Source: an uncultured cyanobacterium
Lineage (GTDB): Bacteria; Cyanobacteriota; Cyanobacteriia; Cyanobacteriales; Cyanobacteriaceae
Assembly (NCBI GenBank): GCA_963710605.1
Contig: CAVQBA010000004.1
Span: forward strand, 1,152,001-1,216,000
DNA length: 64,000 bases
Direction: 5' to 3'
This document shows, one piece after another, positions 9,815 to 20,005 of this stretch (the first letter of the stretch is position 1; every line of letters begins with the position of its first letter). A program made the translations under genes and the position numbers. The notes under the pieces were generated by a model. It was not told the DNA's origin. It saw nothing but the letters and a program-made list of their open reading frames with translations, and searched no databases.

Positions 9815-11302
9815 TTGTTTATATTCTCAACTTTTTTACTCTATAAATTTGAATTTTTGATGACATTTTTTACGGCTAATCTTAATTTATCTTTAAAACA
9901 AACTTCCCCTGCTGTCAGGTTAATTACTTTAGCTAAAAGTATTGATCAGCAAAAACCAAGATCTAATTTACAATTTGAGCAAATTACCCGACAAAGAAAC
10001 GATCGTGAGCATTTATTTTCAGATATTATTAAGCAAATAGAAACCCAAAATTGTAGCGAAATTACTTTAGTTGAGTGGGTATATTGTTTAGCAAGCCAAA
10101 ACTATTGGAATCAATTAGATTATTCGCAAACTAAATCATTATGTACTAAGATATGGCGATTTGCTTCAAATTATCAACCTTTAAAAAAACGTTTGTTTTG
10201 GCATCTAGTCGTATTTCATCTTGAAAAGCAACAAAAATTGATTTCTGGCTTGACTGATACCTTAGAAATATACCAACCACAAAATAAACAAGATTATATT
10301 AGTCTAAAAATTATTAATTTGATTATTCAGGATAATTATCTAGATTTAGCCTTGTTATGTCTTGAAGGATGTGTGCAACCCGATCGGCTTTTGCGTCAAA
10401 ATTGTTTACCAAATTATTTTAAATCCCAAACTAAAATTAACTTAGTCAAAGAAATACAAAATCATTTTACAAAAGCATTAAGTAAAATTGATCATTTGCA
10501 ATCGCCACAGATTAACTTTTTAATTGATATAGTAGAAAATTTATCACCAAAAAACCAATTAGTTGCTGTAGAAACTCTTTTATTACAGATTCAGCCTTCG
10601 GTAGCAGGTAATTATCCTAAGTTAGTAGATTGGGTTAAACAAAATTATCTTCTTTCTACTCAAAATCAATTATCCACTAAAGGTAAACAATTATTTAAAA
10701 AATGGTTAGGAGCGATTAATTATCGTAATTTTGCTCAATTAGTCGATCTTTTAATTGAACGAGTCTCGATCGATTCAGTCGAAGACAAACAATTAACTCA
10801 AAGAAAAATATTTTGGTCTAATTATAGTGATAGATTTACTAGAATCAGAATCTTATTACCTTTTTCTACAATACAAAGATTAAACAACGACTTTAATTCA
10901 GAATCGATTACTCAACTAATCAATGATGGTAGTCAAAGTACAGAAGTAGTTATTATCGATTTTGGTGACTATTTAATTGTCGAATTTTTTCGTGGTAAAG
11001 GCGGTGAAGTGCGTGTTTTTACTAAAACAAAAGAACTAGAGCAAGAACTATTTGACTCCGAAGATATGTACTTAAAAAAAATAAGAGCATTATCAATTGA
11101 ACATACCAGTATTTTCGATCGTTGTGTTTATTGGCAAACAGAATTTGCTCAGCTTTTAGAAACTCAAGAAATTTTTCCTAATGATTACTTAGACTACTTG
11201 CAAATAGAAGCCAACCAAAAAGGGATACTTTATCAACCCTACAACTTACCATCATTAAATCTACAACAACAAAACCAAAGACAAAAACAATTGTCAAATT
11301 AG
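9815..11302 (+). CDS. EH-signature domain protein (ZorC-like); stop possibly premature
   Basis: C-terminal RKIFWSNY...IRIL...IIDFGDYLIVEFFRG pattern; frame stays open 48 codons after the TAG (to 11449); likely start ATG 9860. Confidence 0.65.
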   Translation: MFIFSTFLLYKFEFLMTFFTANLNLSLKQTSPAVRLITLAKSIDQQKPRSNLQFEQITRQRNDREHLFSDIIKQIETQNCSEITLVEWVYCLASQNYWNQLDYSQTKSLCTKIWRFASNYQPLKKRLFWHLVVFHLEKQQKLISGLTDTLEIYQPQNKQDYISLKIINLIIQDNYLDLALLCLEGCVQPDRLLRQNCLPNYFKSQTKINLVKEIQNHFTKALSKIDHLQSPQINFLIDIVENLSPKNQLVAVETLLLQIQPSVAGNYPKLVDWVKQNYLLSTQNQLSTKGKQLFKKWLGAINYRNFAQLVDLLIERVSIDSVEDKQLTQRKIFWSNYSDRFTRIRILLPFSTIQRLNNDFNSESITQLINDGSQSTEVVIIDFGDYLIVEFFRGKGGEVRVFTKTKELEQELFDSEDMYLKKIRALSIEHTSIFDRCVYWQTEFAQLLETQEIFPNDYLDYLQIEANQKGILYQPYNLPSLNLQQQNQRQKQLSN

Positions 11303-11641
11303 CAACAAAATATACTTAAACTGGAACATGATGCTTATAAGTATCGTCGAAGAGAACGTAACTTGCATAATCCCCATTCGGTTTTAATTTTTAAAGATAA
11401 TAAATTATTAAGTAATCAACAAAAATCAAAACGTGAGTTTATCGACTAAATTTAAATGCCATAAATACTCATACTATTATACCGATCGCTCGATAATCTC
11501 TAAAAATATAGTTTTGAATTCCAACCAAACTGAACTAAGCTAATTTATTATTCAAGACAATTAATTTTCCGTAGTACGAAAAAAAGGGATGAACATTTTG
11601 CCGAAGAGTAAAAATAAATAACCAATAACAAAACTAAAATT

Positions 11642-12943
11642 ATGTTTCAAGTATTAGATGTATTTCCCGAAATTTTGTTTGATATCAGCGATTATAATGG
11701 TGATAGTATTTACGAGTTAGGGGAAGTCTTTGCTAATAGCCCGATCGTAATTCAAGGATACGTATATAACATAGAGAATCAAGATATTGACTTTGAACTT
11801 TACTATGATAGAAATGGTAATAGAAGATTTGATAGTGGCGATGGTGATGCCATTGCATTCTCGGAAAATAGCGGTACTAACCCCGAATCGATCGAATATT
11901 TAGCAGAAGAATCTGGATTATACTACGCTAGAATTTATAATTTTGATCAAACAAGCATCACTCCCCCTAATTTTAGTGTTTTAGGAGTATTGCCAGAAAA
12001 TATTATCTCAGTAAATCGGACAAATACAGCTACCTCGACTTTCAACATTGAAGGTAACAATTCTGATTTTCCTTTTGAGGATGTAACCTTCGTCGAATAC
12101 CAATTTCCCGCCGATGGAAATATCCGTACACGTGTTTCTTCAAACTCATTTGAACCCGGCTTAGATGTTTATGCCATCGACGATTCTAATGAGAACGGTA
12201 TTTTAGATGTTGAAGACGAAATACTTGATTATACGTTTATTGTCAAAGATAACAGCTCTTCTGAGTTATCTTTCTCTGTGCTAGAAGGATCTGGTTTTTT
12301 AGCGATCGATAATCTAAGTGGTTTTGGTAGTAGCATAACAATAGAAACATCTTACGGCAATAATAACTCAGCATTAACTTTAGAGCAAGGTACAGCGCAA
12401 ATTGCTTATGTCGCATACTATGGCAGACCAGCCGATCCAGGTGGTTTAGCTTATTGGGATAACCGTTTAGGTGAAGAAGGAATTAGCTATTCTCCTCGTG
12501 GTGGAGATCTTCTCACTGGTTCTCAAGAAAGAAACAGTTATAGAGGTATAGTCAATGGTTTCGGTAATTCAGGCGAAGCTAATCGAGTTTTTGATGGTTT
12601 AAGTAATCGTCAAAAAGTCAATCAAGTTTATAACTTTGCATTTGGTCGTAATGGAGATTCTGAAGGTTTAAGCTATTGGACTGGTCAGCTTAATCAAGGT
12701 AATGTAAACTTAACCACTTTTGCTCTAGAAGTCGCATTAGGAGCACAAAACCAAGATCTTGAAGTCTTACAAAACAAAATTGACAGTGCCAATTTATTTT
12801 CTCAAGGAGTTAGTACTAACCCACAAGGAGGTGATTACTCTGGCAGTAGAGGTGAAATTTTTGGTCGTGATTGGTTATTTGATTATGGAAATACAGTTGC
12901 AACTATTGGTGATGTAAATAATGCGATTAATAGTATCGCTTAA
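11642..12943 (+). CDS. DUF4214 (RsaA-N-like) S-layer-type protein with PPC-like/Ca-binding N-terminal region
   Basis: AQIAYVAYYGRPADPGGLAYW and YNFAFGRNGDSEGLSYW motifs; DxNxNG loops; acidic; no signal peptide. Confidence 0.8.
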   Translation: MFQVLDVFPEILFDISDYNGDSIYELGEVFANSPIVIQGYVYNIENQDIDFELYYDRNGNRRFDSGDGDAIAFSENSGTNPESIEYLAEESGLYYARIYNFDQTSITPPNFSVLGVLPENIISVNRTNTATSTFNIEGNNSDFPFEDVTFVEYQFPADGNIRTRVSSNSFEPGLDVYAIDDSNENGILDVEDEILDYTFIVKDNSSSELSFSVLEGSGFLAIDNLSGFGSSITIETSYGNNNSALTLEQGTAQIAYVAYYGRPADPGGLAYWDNRLGEEGISYSPRGGDLLTGSQERNSYRGIVNGFGNSGEANRVFDGLSNRQKVNQVYNFAFGRNGDSEGLSYWTGQLNQGNVNLTTFALEVALGAQNQDLEVLQNKIDSANLFSQGVSTNPQGGDYSGSRGEIFGRDWLFDYGNTVATIGDVNNAINSIA

Positions 12944-13105
12944 TCACTATTTTCATTGTTGCTGATTATTGCATAACCTTTTTTAAGATAACGAAAATGT
13001 AAGTGAGCGAATTCCCCATTCTTCTTAAGATGGGGTCGTTCATCTCCTCCTGAAAAAAGAGAAGACAGGGTGGTGAATTGTTTGTTTTATTATCTTTGTC
13101 ACATT

Positions 13106-13177
13106 ACTATTCAAACTGATGTAGATGATGCTTTGAACAGCTTTTTAGTTGAATTACCTTCTGTTTATAATTACTAG
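13106..13177 (+). pseudogene. C-terminal remnant of a third DUF4214 paralogue
   Basis: TIQTDVDDALNSFLVELPSVYNY* aligns with the flanking C-termini TIGDVNNAINSIA* and NQTNVDTALSTLV. Confidence 0.55.
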
Positions 13178-13394
13178 CTAGCTTTTCAAATTCTTTGATA
13201 ATTAATCGTATTAAACTTTGTAATATTTTTTGTTTCGGTTTTAGTTTACTATGGCAAAATATAACGATCGATTTTTATTCTCAATTTAGATGATTAATTT
13301 TACTTTTGACTAATCTAAATTTATTGGTTAAAAAAACTGAGAATGATTATCAGCGTTAAAACCTAAAATAGATAATCAACGGAAAGATAAAACT

Positions 13395-14726
13395 ATGGTA
13401 CAAATAATAGAGGCATTTCCCGAACTTTTGTTTGATGTCACCGATTATGAAGGTGATAATACATATAGATTAGATATAGCGATCGTTTTACCAAATAATC
13501 CAGTTTTCATTCAGGGGTATTTATATAATATTGCTAATGCCAATATTGACACTGAAATTTACTATGATAGTAATTTTAATGGAACATTTGACAGTACAGA
13601 TACATTAGTTGCTCAATCGAATAATAGTGGCACTGAATCAGAGTCGATCGAATATTTAGCAGAAAATCCTGGATTTTACTTTGGTAGAGTCTTTAATGTC
13701 GAAGGTTCTGAAACTGGTACACCTAGCTTTAATTTTACTGTTATACCTGTACTTCAAAACAATGTTATTCCAATAAGTCAAACAAACACAACTAGTAATA
13801 GTTTTGAGTTACAAAGTAACAATCCTGATTCTTCGTTATTAGATGTAATTGTGATTGAAGCCCAGTTTCCTACTTTAGGGCGTGTTCGAGCAAATATATC
13901 TTCAGATTCTACTGACTCAGATATTAATTTTTTACTCGTTGAAGATTCTAACGAAAACGGCATTTTAGATGCTGAAGATGAGATACTTGGTCAATCAGCT
14001 ATTAACAGTACAGAATCCAGCCAAGAGTTAGTTTTTGCTGTCTCAGAAAGTACAGGTTTCTTAGTTTTAGATAATAATGCAGAACAAAGTGTTACTGTAA
14101 ATGCTGAAATATCTTATGATGTCTTAGCCTCAGATAATCCACCCTTAACTTTAGAACAAGGAACGGCACAAATAGCTTATGTAGCATATTATGGTCGCCC
14201 GGGTGATTCAAGTGGTCTGAATTTTTGGAATAATGTTTTAGCTCAACAAGACATAGAATATTCTCCTCGTAGTGGAGATACTCTCACTAATGATGAACAA
14301 GCAGTTTACGATCAATTAACTAGCAGTTTTGGTGATTCAGACGAAGCTAATCGATTTTATGGTGCTTTAGATAATACTCAAAGAATCAACCAAATTTATA
14401 ATAATGCTTTCGATCGTAATGGCGAAAATACTGGTTTAAATTATTGGACTACTCAGCTTGATGAAGGTAATCTAGATTTAACTAAATTAGCATTAGAAAT
14501 CGCTTTAGGTGCCCAAAACGAAGATTTGTTAGCATTACAAAATAAAATCGAAAGTGCTAATTTATTCTCTCAAGGAATTGATACCAGCGAAGAAATAGCG
14601 GCTTACTCAGGTGCGGCAGGAGAAGCTTTTGGTCGTGAATGGTTAAGCAATTTTAATATGTTTGTTGCGAACCAAACTAATGTTGATACTGCCTTAAGTA
14701 CTTTAGTCGGTGGTGTTATTATTTAA
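13395..14726 (+). CDS. DUF4214 S-layer-type protein, tandem paralogue of 11642-12943
   Basis: Shares FPE(I/L)LFD, ESIEYLAE, DSNENGILD and LTLEQGTAQIAYVAYYGRP with the upstream gene. Confidence 0.8.
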   Translation: MVQIIEAFPELLFDVTDYEGDNTYRLDIAIVLPNNPVFIQGYLYNIANANIDTEIYYDSNFNGTFDSTDTLVAQSNNSGTESESIEYLAENPGFYFGRVFNVEGSETGTPSFNFTVIPVLQNNVIPISQTNTTSNSFELQSNNPDSSLLDVIVIEAQFPTLGRVRANISSDSTDSDINFLLVEDSNENGILDAEDEILGQSAINSTESSQELVFAVSESTGFLVLDNNAEQSVTVNAEISYDVLASDNPPLTLEQGTAQIAYVAYYGRPGDSSGLNFWNNVLAQQDIEYSPRSGDTLTNDEQAVYDQLTSSFGDSDEANRFYGALDNTQRINQIYNNAFDRNGENTGLNYWTTQLDEGNLDLTKLALEIALGAQNEDLLALQNKIESANLFSQGIDTSEEIAAYSGAAGEAFGREWLSNFNMFVANQTNVDTALSTLVGGVII

Positions 14727-14855
14727 ATTTTTTGCAGTTAGGAATTAATTCGGTTGTTTATTTTAACTAAGGCTATTGAAGTAACCGTTTAGATAATTAG
14801 ACAATCTCCTTACCACCCCTCCTTTAATCAAGAAGGGGAACAAATATCATTTACC

Positions 14856-16166
14856 TCAATCAAGAGAAATTAAATCTTGAATTGCTTGAGCCGTATCGTT
14901 TAGATGTTCTGGGCAAAGGTTATTTGTTTGTGTATAAACCATTTGCTCACTTACTTTTTTGGCTAAATATTCCATTAAAGGATAAGCTTTAAATTCGATC
15001 GCTGTCTCGATAAAGTCAATTAATCCTTGGGTGTAAACTTCGGATGTATGGTTTTTATTTAATAATTCTTGACCATTATTTCCTAACTCAACAAATTCTT
15101 GAGGAGAAACTAAAAGATTTTGTAAATACTTTTGTATATCTTCAATTTCATTTTCAGGAGCAACAAATTTAACCGTGTTAGCTGGTAATGTACCATACCA
15201 ACCAGTTTTAGTGACTAAGCTAGGTAAAGCATGACTCCAAATTCTTAATTGGCTAGCAGAGGCTTCTCCCATAGAGGGGTAACGCAAATTTAAAGCTAAA
15301 TCAGCTTTGTCAAGAGCCGATTCAAGTACCTTTTCGGGTACAAAACCATGTATCTTAATCAGTTTATTAAGTTTAAGAGCAGAGATTTTGTTTTGTACAT
15401 TACCCAGATTAGAAAGTTCACCGTAAATATCAAGATGAAAACTATCTTTTTCGGGTAAAGTAGCTAACGCATCTAGGATAGAATCTAGACGACGATTTGA
15501 ACCAATATAACCAAAAACGATTAGTTTATAAGGTGGGCGACGTACCGCAACAGATTTAGAGTATGATTTAGAATTATTAGTACTCTGATGAGGTAGAGGA
15601 ACATAACCAACTAAATGATTAGCGTTTTCACTTAACTGTTGATACACCTGTTGATTGTGAGTAACAATACCAATCATACCTTCAGTCGCTAAATTGGTCA
15701 TCGGGTGATTTTGAGCCATGTATTCACTTGACAAAATACCATCAGTAAAATCTTTAATTATCGGTTGCTCTTTTTGCCCTGCTAAATTAATTTTATTATT
15801 TTGATAACTATTTAAATTTTGTTGCTGGGCTTTGTACATTTCGCCAAAGAAATCAAATAATTTTAAATCATGTAAAACCACAATTCCCGGACACAAACGG
15901 CTAATTTCCCAAATTTTGCTATGAAAAAGAGGATTATTACCAATATGATAAATATTAAAATCAGCTTGATTAATTTTTAACCAATTTAGATGTCGGTGCT
16001 GATATTGCTCAACTTGAGCATATTGTTCTAGTTTACTATCCCAACTATTTTGATCCGTCCACAAAACTATTTGAGCATATTTACTTAATTCAGGTAGTAT
16101 CCGCCAAGTATAGGAAGCGATTTCTGTTTTGGCAGGTAATAAAGGAGAAAACCAATTTAATTTCAT
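14856..16166 (-). CDS. Glycosyltransferase family 4
   Basis: WFSPLLPAKTEIASY, YHIGNN..H, VVLHD, LRYPSMGEAS. Confidence 0.85.
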   Translation of the reverse strand: MKLNWFSPLLPAKTEIASYTWRILPELSKYAQIVLWTDQNSWDSKLEQYAQVEQYQHRHLNWLKINQADFNIYHIGNNPLFHSKIWEISRLCPGIVVLHDLKLFDFFGEMYKAQQQNLNSYQNNKINLAGQKEQPIIKDFTDGILSSEYMAQNHPMTNLATEGMIGIVTHNQQVYQQLSENANHLVGYVPLPHQSTNNSKSYSKSVAVRRPPYKLIVFGYIGSNRRLDSILDALATLPEKDSFHLDIYGELSNLGNVQNKISALKLNKLIKIHGFVPEKVLESALDKADLALNLRYPSMGEASASQLRIWSHALPSLVTKTGWYGTLPANTVKFVAPENEIEDIQKYLQNLLVSPQEFVELGNNGQELLNKNHTSEVYTQGLIDFIETAIEFKAYPLMEYLAKKVSEQMVYTQTNNLCPEHLNDTAQAIQDLISLD

Positions 16167-17209
16167 TTTAAAAGTGTTTTAACAACGTGAGACCAACTAA
16201 TATTGAGACTATGATAATAATCTTTTCCTGCTTTACCAAACTTTTGGGCTAAAGACTTGTTTTCCCAAAGCTCATCTAAAGCGATCGCTATTTCTTCAGG
16301 CTGTGATTCAACAATTAAGCCCGTTTGACGATTTTTAATTAATTCAATTGGACCACCTGAATCATTACAGCTAATCACGGGTTTAGCAGATAACATTCCT
16401 TCTAAGGTGATATATCCATAATCTTCTTCATAAGGTGGATAAATTACTCCTAAACATTGAGCATAATGCTTAAGTTTGTCAGTTTCACTAATACTACCGA
16501 GAAAAACAACTTTATTAGATACACCCAAAGTTTTCGCCAAATTGGAAAGTTCTTTTTGATACTTATTATTATCAGCTTTACCTGCGAAAACCACTTTAAC
16601 ATCATTTTTAGTTTTTGCTAAAGCCTGAATGACTAAATATTGTCTTTTACTCGGATTTAATCGGCTCGGATAAAAGAAATAATCGTTATAGCTGTCGGTG
16701 TAAAAATTATCGGCATTATTTGGTGGATGATATAAAGGAATGGCATCAATGTCATTAAATTTTTTTAATCTTTTAGCGACATTAACCGAATTAGCATATA
16801 AAGGAATATTTTCATCTAATATTTTACTATCAGCATTAATAATGGCTTGTTTGACTTGCCATCCATTGGGATAATGTTCTAAGTCACCAAATTTTGTCCC
16901 CCAAAGTTCATATGCTTGACGGTGCTGATGAAGTAGCCAAACTATTTTATGCGGATGAGGAATCATGTAAGCTGGAAACTTTAACGCAATCATTCGATCG
17001 ATTTTATCCCCACAAGTAAGAGACAAATCCGTAAGACGACAACATAACATCGCATCTAATATTTTTTCGGGAGGATACCATTTAAAAGGGATAGCCACAA
17101 TTTCTGCTTCATGCCCAAGTTGTTGTAATGCGGTAACCAAATTTTCAGCATGGATTTCTGCACCTCCTCTAACAAAAGGCACTTGAGTGGTCGCGACAAC
17201 TATTTTCAT
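16163..17209 (-). CDS. Glycosyltransferase family 4
   Basis: VPFVRGGAE, SRLNPSKR, EDYGYITLEGM (GT-B E-x7-E). Confidence 0.88.
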   Translation of the reverse strand: MKIVVATTQVPFVRGGAEIHAENLVTALQQLGHEAEIVAIPFKWYPPEKILDAMLCCRLTDLSLTCGDKIDRMIALKFPAYMIPHPHKIVWLLHQHRQAYELWGTKFGDLEHYPNGWQVKQAIINADSKILDENIPLYANSVNVAKRLKKFNDIDAIPLYHPPNNADNFYTDSYNDYFFYPSRLNPSKRQYLVIQALAKTKNDVKVVFAGKADNNKYQKELSNLAKTLGVSNKVVFLGSISETDKLKHYAQCLGVIYPPYEEDYGYITLEGMLSAKPVISCNDSGGPIELIKNRQTGLIVESQPEEIAIALDELWENKSLAQKFGKAGKDYYHSLNISWSHVVKTLLK

Positions 17210-17212
17210 CTT

Positions 17213-18571
17213 TTATTCTTTATAACCTATGATTGAATAATCTTGTTCACTATAAAAGTGTTGATTTAATCTTTGTGCTAATTCCGAACCTTCTAATCGT
17301 ACATTTTCTGGGTAAGGATTAAGATTTAAAATTTGTACCCGTGAAAGTCCTTGAAATTGAGCGACAAACTCAATTAGTTTACTAGGTAAAGGATGCAAAT
17401 GTGTCGGATCGATATAAAATTTGTTAGCCCCAACTAAAACATTTTCAGGATTAGGTGTTTCTAAAATGACAATTGCTCCTGTTTTTAAGACTCTAACTAT
17501 CTGAGTAAATAATTGCATCAAAATATTAAAGGGTAAGTGTTCAATGATATGAAAACCTGTTATACCACCTAAACACTCATCAGGAAGTGATTTGAGATGC
17601 TCTATTACATCAGCGTGAATGACATCTAATCCTTTGTCTTGGCATTCTTGTACCATAATACGATTTAAATCGATTCCTCTAGCATCATAATCATTTTTTT
17701 GTAATAAATCTATCCATTCTCCTCTTCCACAACCGACATCTAAGATAGGGGCTTTATTTGTTTCTATACTTGATTTTTCGATAAATGGTAAATAGACTTT
17801 TAGTTTATCAGTTACCTCTTCTTGGCTTCCTCTAAATTGATCTTCTAAAGCAAGATAAAAGCCATCAAAAAAGCTATTGTCTGCTTCATTACCAATAATT
17901 TGCTCTCGAGTATCAAAAATAATTTGTTGATTATCAGTAACTTGTTGTTGAGTACTAAAAATAATTTGTTGATTATCAGTAACTTGTTGTTGAGTACTAA
18001 AAATAGTTTGTTGATTATTGCTAACTTGCTGTTGAGTACTAAAAATAGTTTGTTGATTATTGCTAACTTGCTGTTGAGTACTAAAAATAGTTTGTTGATT
18101 ATTGCTAACTTGTTGTTGAGTAGAACAGACTATTTGCTCTTGCCCTGACAAATTTTGCTTATTTAAGTCAACTTGTTGGCTAATTTTTCCTAGTGATTCG
18201 TTAAACGTATTTAACTGATTAACTAATTGCTCATTAATATTTATACTAGTCTTTAACCCTTGAATTAAAGAATTATTGATAACAGCTTGTTTTTTAAAAA
18301 TAAAACTATATACTTTAAGAATTATTTTTTGCAAAATACTTAAATTAAAAGGAAAAAAATTGAGCTTAGCTGGCCATTGGATTTCATTTTGGCTAAAGGA
18401 TTCTGCATTAGCGACTAACGTTTGAAGATATGTAAATTGCGATAATAGCTGTGTAAATAAAAATTCCTCTACAGGTTCATTTACTTCTGAGTACTGACTC
18501 ATTGGCATTTCACTTTTGATTAATTCAGTTATTGTCTTAGTTGTTAACTGTGGTTTACTTATTGGCAACAT
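17213..18571 (-). CDS. Class I SAM-dependent methyltransferase with N-terminal coiled coil (WsaE/WbdD-type glycan chain-terminator-like)
   Basis: LEDQFRGS, LDVGCGRGEW, HIIEHL, ETPNPEN, FYIDPTH; Q/N-rich coiled coil. Confidence 0.8.
   Translation of the reverse strand: MLPISKPQLTTKTITELIKSEMPMSQYSEVNEPVEEFLFTQLLSQFTYLQTLVANAESFSQNEIQWPAKLNFFPFNLSILQKIILKVYSFIFKKQAVINNSLIQGLKTSININEQLVNQLNTFNESLGKISQQVDLNKQNLSGQEQIVCSTQQQVSNNQQTIFSTQQQVSNNQQTIFSTQQQVSNNQQTIFSTQQQVTDNQQIIFSTQQQVTDNQQIIFDTREQIIGNEADNSFFDGFYLALEDQFRGSQEEVTDKLKVYLPFIEKSSIETNKAPILDVGCGRGEWIDLLQKNDYDARGIDLNRIMVQECQDKGLDVIHADVIEHLKSLPDECLGGITGFHIIEHLPFNILMQLFTQIVRVLKTGAIVILETPNPENVLVGANKFYIDPTHLHPLPSKLIEFVAQFQGLSRVQILNLNPYPENVRLEGSELAQRLNQHFYSEQDYSIIGYKE
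17915..18124. repeat. In-frame 42-bp tandem repeat x5 (14-aa unit STQQQV(S/T)(N/D)NQQ(T/I)IF)
   Basis: Units start at 17915, 17957, 17999, 18041 and 18083; two sequence subtypes (2+3). Confidence 0.95.
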
Positions 18572-18755
18572 AATTTAGTTTACTGATTGATAGTATAGTA
18601 TTATATCGGGTAAGGTTTAGGAGTCACCCATTTTGAAGTTGATTCTATAGTAAGAACATTTATTAATCATTCATTCTTAATTATCCTTTTGATCAGCCTT
18701 CTAAATAGAGTATTTTTTTGTCTCAATTTTAAGTGTAATTATCTATTCTTTATTC

Positions 18756-19688
18756 CTATCTCATTTTTTCTTTATTAGGCAAGATTTGAGTAAAGTTTTC
18801 AATTGCTTTAAGATACGATCGTTCTTTATTATAAATACTAATATGGTCAACATCAGGCACAATAAACAACTGTTTAGGTTTTGAAGCGAGGGCATATAAA
18901 CGATCGCTCATTTGATAAGGTACAACCGAGTCAGATTTTCCGTGGAGAAATAAAACAGGTACTTGTAACGATCTGATTTTAGAAATAGAGTCAAACCGCT
19001 GATTGAGAATTAAATCGATCGGCATAATCTGAAAAATACCCCTTTGTTTAACTACCTCAGCCATCGAAGTAAAAGTACTTTGCATAATCAATCCACCTGT
19101 TTCAGGTTTTTCAATCGCTAAATCTAATCCGATCGCACCTCCTAAAGATTCACCATAAATAATAATTTGTTCAGGAGGAATATTACGTACTTGGGTTAAA
19201 TAATTCCAAACAGCTTGACTATCTTCATACAGTTGAGTCTCCTTAGGAAAACCTCCATCACTAGTACCATATCCTCGGTAATCAAACATCAAAACAGAAA
19301 AGCCTAACTGTCTAAATACAGACGTTCTAGCAACATAATGATAGCCACCCATATTTCGTCCTATACCACATAAATAAAGTATTGTTTTAGGTGAGTTAAG
19401 AACTTGGACTGGCTCTTCTGGTAAGATAAAATACGGCTCTTCAGGCGATGCAGACGGAATCCACCAGCCGTGCATTTTATCGGTTGTATTCTTAATTTCG
19501 ATCGAAACATCTTCATAAGGAAGGTTAAATTCAGAGGCACTTGGAAGCGTTGCCAAGTCTGGTAAGGGGCGATAGATGAGGTAACGTTGCGTCACAGTTA
19601 AAAAAAGAACAAAACCAAGATAGATAATTGCGAAGATACTAAATATTCGTAATAAAGTTTTAGAGATTCTTTTAATTCGTCTTCTCAT
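18756..19688 (-). CDS. Alpha/beta hydrolase with N-terminal membrane anchor
   Basis: FDYRGYG, GESLGG, HGKSD...H. Confidence 0.88.
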   Translation of the reverse strand: MRRRIKRISKTLLRIFSIFAIIYLGFVLFLTVTQRYLIYRPLPDLATLPSASEFNLPYEDVSIEIKNTTDKMHGWWIPSASPEEPYFILPEEPVQVLNSPKTILYLCGIGRNMGGYHYVARTSVFRQLGFSVLMFDYRGYGTSDGGFPKETQLYEDSQAVWNYLTQVRNIPPEQIIIYGESLGGAIGLDLAIEKPETGGLIMQSTFTSMAEVVKQRGIFQIMPIDLILNQRFDSISKIRSLQVPVLFLHGKSDSVVPYQMSDRLYALASKPKQLFIVPDVDHISIYNKERSYLKAIENFTQILPNKEKMR

Positions 19689-20005
19689 GCCGTGACAATA
19701 AATGATTTGCTTTTTGAGACAAGTATAAATCTGTTTTTCTTCTCTTTCAAGAGTTAAAAAAAAGAGGTTGACAATATTTACGTCATGTATAACGATATTA
19801 TTTCTCGTACAGGAAATGTTTGTGTTTGAAACATTTATGATCTTGAGTTATGAACCGCAGAGGACGCGGAGGACGCAGAGAGGAGAAAGAAGAGAGAGAA
19901 GAAGGAAGAGAGAATTTGTAATTAGTATCGATCGTTTCAGTCGTAACGTAAAATTAATCATATATTTCGGTTCTAAGTTGACAACGATAAAACCTCGGCT
20001 GAATC

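Noticed and set aside
9815-11302. Complete Zorya system
   Set aside because: No ZorA/ZorB (MotA/B-like) or ZorD helicase nearby
17915-18124. CRISPR array
   Set aside because: The 42-bp units are contiguous with no spacers, lie in frame within a CDS, and no cas genes are present
17900-18148. 82-aa plus-strand ORF
   Set aside because: Antisense shadow of the VNTR in the methyltransferase
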